Assembly (NCBI RefSeq): GCF_037042905.1
Contig: NC_087252.1
Coordinates: 12,710,001-12,774,000, forward strand
Source of the DNA: Lytechinus pictus
Taxonomy: Eukaryota
Direction of reading: 5' to 3'
Length of the DNA stretch: 64,000 nt
A model generated the notes under the pieces. That model was not told the DNA's origin, did not search any database, and was given only the letters and a program-made list of their open reading frames with translations. Positions 1 through 12,400 of this stretch are shown here, one piece after another. A program made the translations under genes and the position numbers. Each line of letters begins with the position of its first letter. Positions within the stretch are counted from its first letter, which is position 1.

Positions 1-183
1 TTTCAATACCGCAGTTCATATAGAACTCGAGAAAATGATTGCAATAATATATCATGGCGGCCATCTTGGATTTTAAGATGGCGGCCATTTTGCCTCTGAC
101 CAAATGGTCGAATTGCTGGGGGCTGGCAATATTTGAAATCAGTGCCTCAAAATCCCCAAACTGTGCCAAATTTTAGTGTCACA
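1..183. mobile_element. Subterminal repeats of an Academ-like non-autonomous DNA transposon (part left of the LINE insertion)
   Basis: Same ATGGCGGCCATCTTGGATTTTAAGATGGCGGCC / GCCAAATTT.AGTGTCACATG repeat as 2585-3433. It is interrupted at ~184-197 and resumes after the poly(A) at 2585. Confidence 0.65.
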
Positions 184-1816
184 TGGCACAGACAACTTCG
201 CTCTCTCGCAGGCTTGAACAAGCAGTCTTCTTTCAGTTTTCCCCAGGAATTTGGCACAACCTCCTCTGAACAGGCGAAACACATCAACAACTTCTTTGCG
301 AATATTTGCTGTGAATTGCCTGCATTGGATCTTTCGTCTTGTCCGGCCTTTCTACCCTCTAAAGGACCACCACCTAAAATCCAGAAATATAAGATCTTTG
401 AGATGCTCCAAAGGCTGAATTCTTCCAAAGCTATTCATCCAGAGGATATCCCCATACAGCTGATAAAAGAATTTGCCTTCGAACTCTCTGGTCCTTTAGC
501 AGTTATATTTAATGCCAGTCTAGACCAGGGTACATTTCCGTCTCGTTGGAAGTCTTCTGTTGTAACACCAATACCAAAGTCGTATCCAGTCACCAGCTGC
601 TCCGACTTGAGACCTATTTCGATTACCCCAATACTGGCACGTGTTTTCGAAAGTTTCCTTTCGCAGTTCCTGATTAGAGACCTTGCACCTCATCTGGATC
701 CGCGTCAGTTTGGCAATGTGAGGGGAAGTTCAACCACTCACTACTTGGTAAGTCTCTTGAATACAATCCTCCGTGGTTTAGACAAGCCTGGTCGTTGTGC
801 TACGCTCTGCACCATAGATTTTTCAAAAGCCTTTGACCGTGTCAACCATAATGCGGTGATACATAAACTCGTCAAGTATGGCGTTGATGGAGCAACTTTG
901 TCAACCATTGTAAGCTTCTTGAGTGAGCGAACCCAGGCAGTCAGAATCGCTTCATCCATCTCCGAAGAATTGCCTTTGACCTGCGGAGTTCCTCAAGGGA
1001 CCAAGCTGGGTCCTTTGATTTTCCTTACATTGGTAAATGACGCTGCCATAGATACCGATCAACGGTGGAAATATGTGGACGACTTGACCATTCTTGAGAT
1101 TCGCCCCACTTCTGGCACTTCGACGTTTACAAGATCATCTTGAGAGGTTAACATCTTGGAGTACGGAGAATGACATGAAATTTAATGTGCAGAAAAGTAA
1201 AACCATGTCTATTGACTTCTCAAAAAACAGATCCAATCCTCTAAATCTACTTCTGAATAATCAGCAGCTGGAGTATACGAACTGCCAGAAGCTGCTTGGT
1301 GTTCTTCTTCAATCAAATCTCAAATGGGATAGCCATATATCGGACATGATCTCGAGAGCTGGAAGGAGAATATTCATGATATGTCGTCTGCGGAAAGCGT
1401 CAGTCTCGATGCACGACCTAGTGAATACATATTCCACTTACATCCGTCCGATATTAGAATATGCATCCCCATTGTGGTCCAAAAGCATAACAACGAATCA
1501 AGCTAATGACATCGAAAAGATCCAAAAGCGTGTATGCCGTATCATCCTGAGAGATCAATATGTCTCCTATGAACACGCTTTGAATAGACTTGGTATCAGT
1601 CGTCTGTCCGAGCGTCACGAACAGTTGCTGCTTACCTTTGCCAAGGGTTTGCTGACCTCCCCTAGGCATCGAGATTTCCTTCCGCCCCTGCGCAGCGGAG
1701 TGTCCTCTCGGTGTCTACGTTATTCTCACCACTTGGATACCCCTCTGTGCAGGACGGCCCGTTACCGTTCGTCGACAATACCATCTGCGATAAGACTACT
1801 CAACGCAAACCTTTGA
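184..1816 (+). pseudogene. LINE ORF2 reverse transcriptase (endonuclease missing, one frameshift)
   Basis: ORFs 133-1143 and 1094-1816 contain LRPISITP, QFG, IDFSKAFDRVNH, GVPQGTKLGP, YVDD, RPILEYASPLW and IEKIQKR. Removing one T at 1126-1128 fuses the two ORFs. Confidence 0.92.
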
Positions 1817-2584
1817 AAATCTTGAAATATATGATGTCTGGACAATGAAATTTGATAATGCTTTCCACTCTATTTTTGTGTGTTTTAACTTTCTATTACT
1901 CTCTCCGTAATGTTTTTATATTTGTGCAATAATTGACACATATTGTCACAATATCAGTCACTTAAATAATTCATCGTTCATTATTTGAAAATAAAATATT
2001 CTTTTGATTTCTGTATAAAACATATTTACATCCTGCGATATTTTCTTATTTTGTTTAATTATACTGAACTTAAGTTAATTGTCACCCCGTGTTCAACCTA
2101 TTTATCTGTCAATTAATTTGCAATATTTCGAAACAGTTAAAATTTGTCAAATTTTCTTTAATCTTGACACCTTGCTGCACACAGGTTTACTGTTTATTTT
2201 CATATTATTTCGGCCTGAACAAATATTGATTCTGTTTTTGTGTACGCAACAGACTTGCTTTATTTAAATTTCAATTAGTTGACTCTTGCGTCAACTACAC
2301 AACTCTTTTTCTGCTTTTGTTCATTGTTGTTCGTTTAGCCCTATTTGTTGGTTTCTGAATTTTAATTCAAACATTATATTAGAAAGTTGATTTATTGCTA
2401 TTTCCATAATTTGCATTTGGCATTTTATCAATGTTAATTTAATTTATGTTTTATCTCTCCACATTGTATAATTTTACTATCTCGGTTGATTTTTTGTTTG
2501 TTAATTGAACATTTTCAGCATGCGAGCTGCCCGTTTGATATTTGTTTCAATAAACCATACCAATTAAAAAAAAAAAAAAAAAAA
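184..2584 (+). mobile_element. 5'-truncated CR1/L2-group non-LTR retrotransposon
   Basis: RT coding region, ~750-bp AT-rich 3' UTR, small CAGC-ATGCGA-GCTG hairpin (2516-2529), AATAAA (2549-2554) and A19 tail (2566-2584). The same host repeat lies on both sides. The 5' junction is uncertain within ~184-197. Confidence 0.9.
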
Positions 2585-3433
2585 TCATGAAAATTACATT
2601 AATGATTTCTCTTGGCGGCCATTTTGGATTTCAAAATGGCGGCCGACCCGATGGTCAAATCGCTTGGGACCGGCAATATTTGAAATCAGCACCCCGAATT
2701 AAGCCTATATGCCAAATTTCAGTACCGCAGTTCATATTAACCTGGAGAAAATGATTGCAATATTATATCATGGCGGCCATCTTTGATTTTAAGATGGCGG
2801 CCATTTTGCCCCCGGCCAAATGGTCAAATGCTGGGAGCTGGCAATATTTGAAATCAGTGCCTCAATATACCCCTATATGCCAAATTTCAGTGTCACATGA
2901 CATGAAAAACTCAAGAAAATAACATTTAATGATTTTTCAATGCGGCCATCTTGAATTTCAAAATGGCGGCCGACCCAATTGTCAAATCGCTTGGGGCTGG
3001 CAATTTTTGAAATCAGCACCCCAAATTAAGCCTATATGCCAAATTTCAGTAATGCAGTTTATATTAAACTAAAAAAAATGATTGCAATATTATATCATGG
3101 CGGCCGTCTTGGGTTTCAAGATTGCGGCCATTTTGCCGCCGGCCAAATGGTCAAATTGCTGGGGTCCGGCAATATTTGAAATCAGTGCCTCAATATACCC
3201 CTATATGCCAAATTTCAGTGTCACATGACATGTAAAACTCAAGAGAACAACATTTAATGATTTTTCATGGCGGCCATTTTGGATTTCAAAATGGCGGCCG
3301 ACCCGATGGTCAAATCGCTTGGGGCCGGCAATTATTGAAATCAGCGCCCCAAAATACCCCTGTATGCCAAATTTCACACTTTCTGCCAGATCCGAGCATC
3401 TTGGCCATTTTTTGTCACATAACCGCTCCACTA
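2585..3433. mobile_element. Right terminus and ~328-bp dimeric subterminal repeats of an Academ-like DNA transposon
   Basis: GCCAAATTTCA recurs at ~2711, 2879, 3038, 3207, 3366 (alternating 168/159 bp). It ends sharply in ...CCGCTCCACTA, which reads TAGTGGAGCGG.. on the minus strand, a TAG-starting terminus as I recall for Academ elements. The neighbouring satellite then starts mid-unit. Family call is from recall, not a search. Confidence 0.65.
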
Positions 3434-6420
3434 CCTAAATAATTCACTAGTTTGTTACGCATCAGTGACCATTATGTTTAGAAATAGTGCCCTCTATTGA
3501 AAAATGTAAAATAGTAAAATGACCATGACTTCCTTGTTTTCACTCATTTTGGTATATTTTCAGGGTTTACTTATGGTATCATCCCTCATAATTCAAACGA
3601 TTTTTACGCATCAGTGACAATTGCCTTAATAAATAGCGACCTCTATTGAAAAGTCGAAAATAGTAAAATGGCCATAACTTTCTTGTTTTTAATTATTTTG
3701 GTCTCATATTTCCAGGGTTTGCCTATGGTATCATCCCTCATAATTCAAACGGTTTTTACTCATCAGTGACCATTGCCTTAATAAATAGCGCCCTCTATTG
3801 AAAAGTCGCAAAATGTAAACTTGCCATTACTTCCTCGTTTTCATCCAGTTTGCTTTCATATTTTTGCTAATTATGATAACATCCTAAATAATTCACTAGT
3901 TTGTTATGCATCAGTGACCATTATGTTTAGAAATAGTGACCTCTATTGAAAAATGTAAAATAGTAAAATGACCATGACTTCCTTGTTTTCACTCATTTTG
4001 GTCTATTTTCAGGGTTTACTAATGGTATCATCCCTCATAATTCAAACGGTTTTTACGCATCAGGGACTATTATTTTTAGAAATAGCGCCCTCTATTGAAA
4101 AATGTAAAATAGTAAAATGACCATCACTTCCTTGTTTTCACTCATTTTGGTCTATTTTCAGGGTTTACTTATGGTATCATCCCTCATAATTCAAACGGTT
4201 TTTACGCATCAGTGACCATTGCCTTAATAAATAGCGCCCTCTATTGAAAAGTCGCAAAATGTGAACTTGCCATTACTTCCTCGTTTTCATCCAGTTTGCT
4301 TTCATATTTTCGCTAATTATGATAACATCCTAAGTATTTCACTAGTTTGTTACGCATCAGGGACTATTATTTTTAGAAAAAGCGCCCTCTATTGAAAAAT
4401 GTAAAATAGTAAAATGACCATAACTTCCTTGTTTTCACTCATTTTTGTCTATTTTCAGGGTTTACTTATGGTATCATCCCTTATAATTCAAACGGTTTTT
4501 ACGCATCAGTGACCTCTGCCTTAATAAATAGCGCCCTCTATTGAAAAGTCGCAAAATGTGAACTTGCCATTACTTCCTCGTTTTCATCCAGTTTGCTTTC
4601 ATATTTTCGCTAATTATGATAACATCCTAAGTATTTCACTAGTTTGTTACGCATCAGGGACTATTATTTTTAGAAAAAGCGCCCTCTATTGAAAAATGTA
4701 AAATAGTAAAATGACAATAACTTCCTTGTTTTCACTCATTTTTGTCTATTTTCAGGGTTTACTTATGGTATCATCCCTTATAATTCAAACGGTTTTTACG
4801 CATCAGTGACCTCTGCCTTAATAAATAGCGCCCTCTATTGAAAAATCGAAAATAGTAAAATGGCTATAACTTCCTTGTTTTTATCCAGTTGCTCTCACAT
4901 TTTCACTAATTATGATAACGTCCTAAATATTTCACTAGTTTGTTACGCATGAGTGACCATTATGTTTAGAAATAGCACCCTCTATTGAAAAATGTAAAAT
5001 AGTAAAATGACCATCACTTCCTTGTTTTCACTCATTTTGATCTATTTTCAGGGTTTACTTATGGTATCATCCCTCATAATTCAAACGGTTTTTACGCATC
5101 AGTGACCATGGGTGGTATTCTGAGGTCATTTTATCTTTAAAATATTTTATTTTATCTCTTAAAATGAAATTGGTATTCTGAGATGACATTTTATCTCTCA
5201 GATAAAATTTGAAGTTTTATCTTGCGAATAAATTTTATCTTGCGTATCTATGATGATACGCAACAGAACAGTGCCTGCGTAGACATACCCATCGCGTATC
5301 TGGCCATTTCAACGCGGGTGATGTGCTTGCGCCCAAGTTGCTTTGAAGAAAAAATAAAATAAACTTAAAAGAGGGTAGGGGCTATTTTATCTCCGCTACG
5401 TTGATTTCGTAAATATTTCTAGGTGAATTAACTCCAAATAATGACATGAAAATGAAGAAAAATTATATATTCATAGAGAACAACACCTCAACGTTATTCC
5501 TGTACAAACAGGAAGTATTTCATAAGACATTTCTTGACTAATACTGTCTTTAAAATGATGCTTGAAAAGATGCGATAGACTTCGAAAAAAAATGAGAGTA
5601 TTGTCATTTTTGCTAAAAAGAAATCTCTGTAAAGACGCGCAAGCGTATAGTGCAAGCGTGTTTGAAGTCAATAAATTGACGCAATCTCACTCCTTCGCCA
5701 CACCTCCTAGCGGAATGGATTTTCTTTGGTTGAGTGATATGAGAGAGCTATGAAAGCGCGTTTCTAATTGGATACTGATTAAAAAGTAGGTGTGTCTGAC
5801 AGAGATAAAATGAAGATAAAATTGTTCTCAGAATACCAATTCGGAGAGATTTTAAGGGTATTTTATCTCACTGATTTTAACGGAGATAAAATATTTTATT
5901 TTATCTGAGATAAAATGGATCTCAGAATACCACCCCATTGCCTTAATAAATAGCGCCCTCTTTTGAAAAGGCGAAAATAGTAAAATGGCCATAACTTCCT
6001 TGTTTTTAATCATTTTGGTCTTATATTTTAAGGGTTTGTCTATAGTATCATCCCTAATAATTCAAACGGTTTTTACGCATCAGTGACCTCTGCCTTAATA
6101 AATAGCGCCCTCTATTGAAAAGTTGCAAAATGTAAACTTGCCATAACTTTTCATTTTCGTTTTCATCCAGTTTGCTTTTATATTTTCGCTAATTATGATA
6201 ACATCCTAAATATTTCACTAGTTTGTTACGCATCAGTGACTATTATGTATAGAAATAGCGCCCTCTATTGAAAAATGTAAAATAGAAAAATGACAATGAC
6301 TTCCTTGTTTTCACTTATTTTGGCCTATTTTCAGGGTTTACTTATGGTATCATCCCTCATAATTCAAACGTTTTTTTACGCATCAGTGACCATTCCTTTA
6401 ATGAATAGCACCCTCTACTA
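3434..6420. repeat. ~149-bp tandem satellite (~14-15 units, interrupted by a MITE)
   Basis: ACGCATCAGTGACC...AAATAGCGCCCTCTATTGAAAA recurs every ~148-150 bp. There are alternating subtypes and a near-exact 297-bp dimer duplication (~4207-4503 vs ~4504-4800). Confidence 0.93.
5110..5935. mobile_element. 826-bp MITE, PIF/Harbinger-like
   Basis: Perfect 15-bp terminal inverted repeat GGGTGGTATTCTGAG / CTCAGAATACCACCC. 3-bp TSD CAT (5107-5109, 5936-5938); removing the element restores the satellite sequence GTGACCATTGCC. Internal subterminal copies of GGTATTCTGAG and many TTTTATCT/AGATAAAA motifs. Confidence 0.9.
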
Positions 6421-6519
6421 TTTTAAAAATGTATATCATCTAGAGTTTTCTTTATGATTACTTTTGTTTCTTTCCCTTTATTAAATCACAGGCGTCAATG
6501 CATGCACATCGTTCTGATG

Positions 6520-7199
6520 CGATTGCAGTTCTAGGGTTGGATGTTCGGGTGTGGATGTCTTGGGGGTAGATGCCCAGGGTGTAGATGTCCTAGAATCCTT
6601 TAATAGTGATGTGCGTCATTCTCATGAATGAATTTCTTTTTTAATATGTCCCTATTTACCATGTCTAATATATTTAGCACCAAGTCCTGCATTACATATA
6701 ATGAAATCCTTGATTTGAAAACAAAATTGAACCTGATTAAAAACAATCGTCATAATCTGTAGTGCTCGAATAATAGAGTACATGTAATTGCTATTATGAC
6801 CTAGTATGGAAATGCAATATGCAAATCTCAACTTGCAGCACAAATTATAGAAAATGTGACATGTATTAGTAATAAGTACATGTACATGTATATTCACAAA
6901 TAAATGAAATTATTTAATAAATAAGATGAACAGTTTTCCAAAACAACTGTTCCTGCAGACAGGAATAACATGACTAATGTACGCATAGGGGAACATTTTA
7001 ACACTTACCGAACCTGATAGCAAAAAAGCAACTGGATGATTTGTTTGCTGGTCAAATGATTGAGATGGATCTGAGATTGGGATTCAACTTGATTCAATTT
7101 TTCTTCATCAGATTATTTACGAACGTTACCATGTGAACATGCAAAGCAAAATAAAGTTTATGACTTCGGTTGGTCCATTAAACTGTATCCATGGTGATT
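6520..7199. repeat. Diverged partial copy of the macrosatellite unit (G-rich end plus ~600-bp AT-rich segment)
   Basis: Aligns by eye with ~9540-10189, with many substitutions and an extra 37 bp (6965-7001). Confidence 0.85.
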
Positions 7200-8459
7200 A
7201 CCTCGAGCGAAGTTCGTGCAGGCTCCACTCCACTTCACTACCGCTACACTACGGTCCACCTACCCGAAATTCGAGACCGTGCACTCGATCTGATATTCCG
7301 AGTGACAAAGGTGGGACCTTATGGGGAGAAATATAAAATTCATGCAACATCACGATCTTTAAAAACAATTAAAACTAATATTCTTACTTTACACAAAGTT
7401 TCGCTTCTTTTCCATGCTTCTAGAAGTCTCAAAATTGGTGATTTAGAGCCAACATGAAGTTCCTCACGCGTATACGTAATTCGCCGCCGATTTCAAAACA
7501 TCGCATGCACGCGAGGGTCCGAGCTCCAGACCCTAGCACATACGATCTACCCATATCTATACCCACTTTATCACCCACACTTCTAATGCACATTTCCTAT
7601 CCACACCTAAAACCATTATATCTCACTCACACTCATAACCAACCGTACCTTCCTACACTTCTAATCTACACCTATTAACTACACCTCAACCCTTCATAGC
7701 TACCCATATCTATACCCCCTTTATCCACCCACACTTTTAATGAAAACCCCTGTCATGACCATATTTCAAACGTTCATATCCACCCACACTTATAACCCAC
7801 CTTTCCCACCCACACTCCTCATCCACATTTCCTATCCTCCTATCCACACCTCAAAGCTTCATCCCCCCACGCCTGTAAGTCACCTTTCGCAATCACACTT
7901 TAATCTATCTTACCTACCCACACCTCAAAACTATATCTTCACCCATTCTAATAACCCACTTTACCCACCCACACTTCTAATCCAAATCTCCTATCGACAC
8001 TTCAAAACTTAATATCCACCCACACATCTAACCCATTTTACCCACCAACATTTCTAATCCACATCTTGTATATACAGCCTAAACCTTCAACTCCTACCAC
8101 ACTTATAACCCACTTTACCAACCTACAATTCTCATTCACACCTCTTAACTACACTTTAACACTTCATCTCTACCCACTTTACCCACCCATACTTCTAATC
8201 TACATGTCCCTATTCTATCCACACATCAAAGCCTCATCCCCACCCGTACCTGTAAGCCACCTTACGCAATCACACTTTTACAATACCTACCCACACCTAA
8301 AAACTTAATCCTCACCCACACTTGTAACCCACTTTACCCACCCATTTTTAATCCACAGCTTAAACACTCACTTCCTACCATATTTATAATACCCGCCCAT
8401 CCACACTTCTAATCCACATCTCCTACCCATACCTCAAACCTTCATATTAACCCACACTT

Positions 8460-8695
8460 ATAATGATAATAATAACAATATAGGTATATGAACCCAGGGA
8501 AGCCATTTCAGTTCCAAAAACTGTTCTCCCAGTGGGCCCTGCTATAATTATTACCCAGGCTTTAGCTTGGCTGCCTAGGCGCTCAAAGCATTCAATTAAT
8601 TTCTTCCTACCAGGTACCCATTCACCTCACCTGGGTCCAGTGCAGCACAGTGTGGATAAATTTCTTGCTGAAGGAAATTACACCATGGCTGGGAT
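8460..8695 (-). mobile_element. Truncated tRNA-derived SINE within each macrosatellite unit (first copy given)
   Basis: The minus strand has the metazoan SINE core-like ...CAGCAAGAAATTTATCCACACTGTGCTGCACTGGACCCAGGTGAGGTGAATGGGTACCTGG and an (ATT)n-like tail. It is truncated within box B (ATCCC remains). Confidence 0.7.
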
Positions 8696-9406
8696 ATGGG
8701 ATATAACCAACTTAACCCCCACACTTGTAATCCACGTCTCCTACCAACATTTTTTTTGATTTAGAGATATAAATTTACAACTTCAAAAGATAAATGAGTG
8801 GATGTCAGTCAATTATTTACATGCAATTGTGAATACTTCAAAAACGAATTATATGTTGCTTGGCATATGCAAGCATCAAACTGATAACTTGAAATTACAC
8901 TATAATAATTTCGAAATTCCTCAACTTCACAATGTAAGATTTTGAAGCGTTTATATGGATGACCATTTGTCTTGGAACTTGGAACCAAAAAGATTGGGAT
9001 AATAGCTAAACTTCAACGGATACTCCAGGCTGAAAAAAACAATATTTGAACAGGTAGAGAAAAATCAGACAATCAATAAATACAATTTCCGTGGATTTGT
9101 ATTTTCAATGTGTATTACATATGCTTGTATTTTTTGTTTTATGTTATACAGAGTCCCAAAGTACAGCCCCCCCCCCCCCACTTTTTTTTCCAAAACTGTG
9201 TACAAAAACGTAAATACTAATCTTAACTGACACTGCAAGCACGGAGCGCGAGCGAAATATTCATTTTTGAATAATGACCTAATCATGTTCTACTTGCAAT
9301 TATTCCCTTCTTATTTCATTCACGTTTCTTCCTCCTCTTATCCTTCTTCTTCTTTTTGTTTTACTCCTTTCCTTCCTTTGTCTGGTACATGTACATGCCC
9401 GGGGGT

Positions 9407-9605
9407 GTCCGGGGGTTGATGTCCGGGGGTAAATGACCGGGGGTAGATGTCCGGGGGTAGATGACGGGGGGTGGACGTCTTGGGGTAGATGTCCGGGGGG
9501 TAAATGTCCGGGGGTAAATGTCCGGGGGGTAAATGACCGGGGGGTAGATGTATGGGTGTAGACGACGGGGATGGACGTCCGGGGGGTAGATGTCCTATAG
9601 AATCC
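9407..9605 (+). repeat. G-rich ~15-16-bp minisatellite (GTCCGGGGGTAGAT)n in each macrosatellite unit (first copy given)
   Basis: About a dozen G3-G6 tracts separated by TA(A/G)ATG(T/A)CC spacers, ending in GATGTCCTA(TA)GAATCC. Confidence 0.92.
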
Positions 9606-10414
9606 TTTACGAGTGATGCGCGTCATTCTCATGAATGAATTTCTTTTTTAATATGTCACTATTTACCATGTCTAATATATTTTGCACTAAGGCCTGCATT
9701 ACACAGAATAAAATCCTTGATTTGAAAACAAAATTGAACCTGAATAAAAACAATCGTCATAATCTGTAGTGCTCGAATAATAGAGTACGTGTAATTGCTA
9801 TCATAACCTTGTATGGATATGCAATATGCAAAACCCTCAACTTGCAGGACAAATTATAGAAAATGTGCCATGTAACAGTAATAATTTCCTGAACATGTGT
9901 ATTCACAAACGAATGAAATTAATGAATAAATGAGATGAACAGTTTTTAAAAACACCTAACTAAAAGGCAGACACTTTAAGTCCTGCAGACAGGACACTTA
10001 CCGAACCTGATAGCAAAAAGGCAACTGGATGACTTGTTTGCTGGTCGAATGATTGAGATGGATCTGAGGGTGTGATTCAACTTGTATTCACTTTCTCTTC
10101 ATGAAATTGTTTACGAACGTTACCATGTGAACATGCAAAACAAAGACTATGATGTCCGTTGGTGCATTAAACTGTATCCATGTTGATTGCATTCACTGCA
10201 TACTGGGCGAGATATTAAACAATTGATAAATGAGAGCTGCTATCCGAGGGGCGCCTGATAATGACTTTGGTACATTAGAAGGAATTACAAAATAATTAAG
10301 TTTTATATATTTAGTTGTTCATAGCCTTCCAAAAATTAACTGCATATGAAAAATTAGGCTATGTTTTTTAACTCTGTGAAAGATACATGTGCCATTTACT
10401 GCGTCTAGACGCAG

Positions 10415-11833
10415 CACTTTCACCCAACATCTCCTTGTAGCCAATACTTTAACTCACACTTTCAATCCACAAGTCTACATCCAGATTTCTCAGGCAATTT
10501 TCCCAATCCATACTTGTAGCCAACATATCTAATCCACACTTTGATTCCACCTTATCCACTCGCATTGCTTACCAACATCCAACAACCCACATGCACGCTT
10601 CCCGTCTTCATCTCACCTCAACCCATATCTCATTATTAACCAAATCTTTCAACCCACATAATGTATGCAATCCACTTTATCGACCCACACTATCAATCTA
10701 CCTTTCCTATTACACATTAAACCTTCATTATCCCATCTTACCCACCCATACTTCAAACCCACATCTCCTATCCACACCTCAAACCTTCATCCCCGCCCAA
10801 ACCTATAATCCACATCTCCTATCCACAGCTTAAACCTTCATCTCCGCCACTTTTATAACCCACTTTACCCACCCACACTTGTAATCCACATCTCTTGACT
10901 CCATCTCAAACCTTCATCTCCGCCCGCACTTTTGCCAATCTTACCAACCCACACTTATAATCCACATTTCCTATCCACACCTAAAACCATTATATCTCAC
11001 TCACACTCATAACCAACCGTACCTACCCACACTTCTAATCTACACCTATTAACTACACCTCAACCCTTCATAGCTACCCATATCTATACCCCCTTTATCC
11101 ACCCACACTTCTAATGAAAACCCCTGTCATGACCATATTTCAGACGTTCATATCCACCCACACTTATAACCCACCTTTCCCACCCACACTCCTCATCCAT
11201 ATTTCCTATCCTCCTATCCACACCTCAAAGCTTCATCTCCCCACGCCTGTAAGTCACCTTTCGCAATCACACTTTAATCTATCTTACCTACCCACACCTC
11301 AAAACTTCATCTTCACCCATTCTAATAACCCACTTTACCCACCCACACTTCTAATCCAAATCTCCTATCGACACTTCAAAATTTAATCTCCACCCACACA
11401 TCTAACCCTTTTTACCCACCAACATTTCTAATCCACATCTTGTATCTACAGCCTAAACCTTCAACTCCTACCACACCCATAACCAACTTTACCAACCTAC
11501 AATTCTCATTCACACCTCTTAACTACACTTCAACACATCATCTCTACCCACTTTACCCACCCATACTTCTAATCTACATGTCCCTATTCTATCCACACAT
11601 CAAAGCCTCATCCCCACCCGTACCTGTAAGCCACCTTACGCAATCACACTTTTACAATACCTACCCACACCTAAAAACTTAATCCTCACCCACACTTGTA
11701 ACCCACTTTACCCACCCATTTTTAATCCACAGCTTAAACACTCACTTCCTACCATATTTATAATACCCGCCCATCCACACTTCTAATCCACATCTCCTAC
11801 CCATACCTCAAACCTTCATATTAACCCACACTT
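10415..11833 (+). repeat. C/A-rich, G-poor degenerate minisatellite domain in each macrosatellite unit
   Basis: Recurrent CCCACACTT(C/A/G)TAATCCACATCTCCTATCCACACCTCAAACCTTCATC modules, with very few G on the plus strand for ~1.4 kb. Confidence 0.88.
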
Positions 11834-12138
11834 ATAATGATAATAATAACAATATAGGTATATGAACCCAGGGAAGCCACTTCAGTTCCAAAAACTGTTC
11901 TCCCAGTGGGCCCTGCTATAATTATTACCCAGGCTTTAGCTTGGCTGCCTAGGCGCTCAAAGCATTCAATTAATTTCTTCCTACCAGGTACCCATTCACC
12001 TCACCTGGGTCCAGTGCAGCACAGTGTGGATAAATTTCTTGCTGAAGGAAATTACACCATGGCTGGGATATGGGATATAACCAACTTAACCCCCACACTT
12101 GTAATCCACGTCTCCTACCAAAATTTTTTTTGGTTTAG

Positions 12139-12400
12139 AGATATAAATTTACAACTTCAAAAGATAAATGAGTGGATGTCAGTCAATTATTTACATGCAA
12201 TTGTGAATACTTCAAAAACGAATTATATGTTGCTTGGCATATGCAAGCATCAAACTGATAACTTGAAATTACACTATAATAATTTCGAAATTCCTCAACT
12301 TCACAATGTAAGATTTTGAAGCGTTTATATGGATGACCATTTGTCTTGGAACTTGGAACCAAAAAGATTGGGATAATAGCTAAACTTCAACGGATACTCC
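12139..12400 (+). pseudogene. Decayed CR1/L2-group RT C-terminal fragment within each macrosatellite unit (second copy given)
   Basis: INLQLQKINEWMSVNYL..VNTSKTNYMLL..NVRF*SVYMDDHLSW..KKIGIIAKL resembles the LINE post-YADD region (W...N.L.LN..KT..M / KFLGV.ID..LSW). Confidence 0.7.

Noticed and set aside
133-183. N-terminus of the 336-aa ORF as a true start
   Set aside because: It starts at TTG inside the host repeat; the LINE is 5'-truncated and the fusion is fortuitous.
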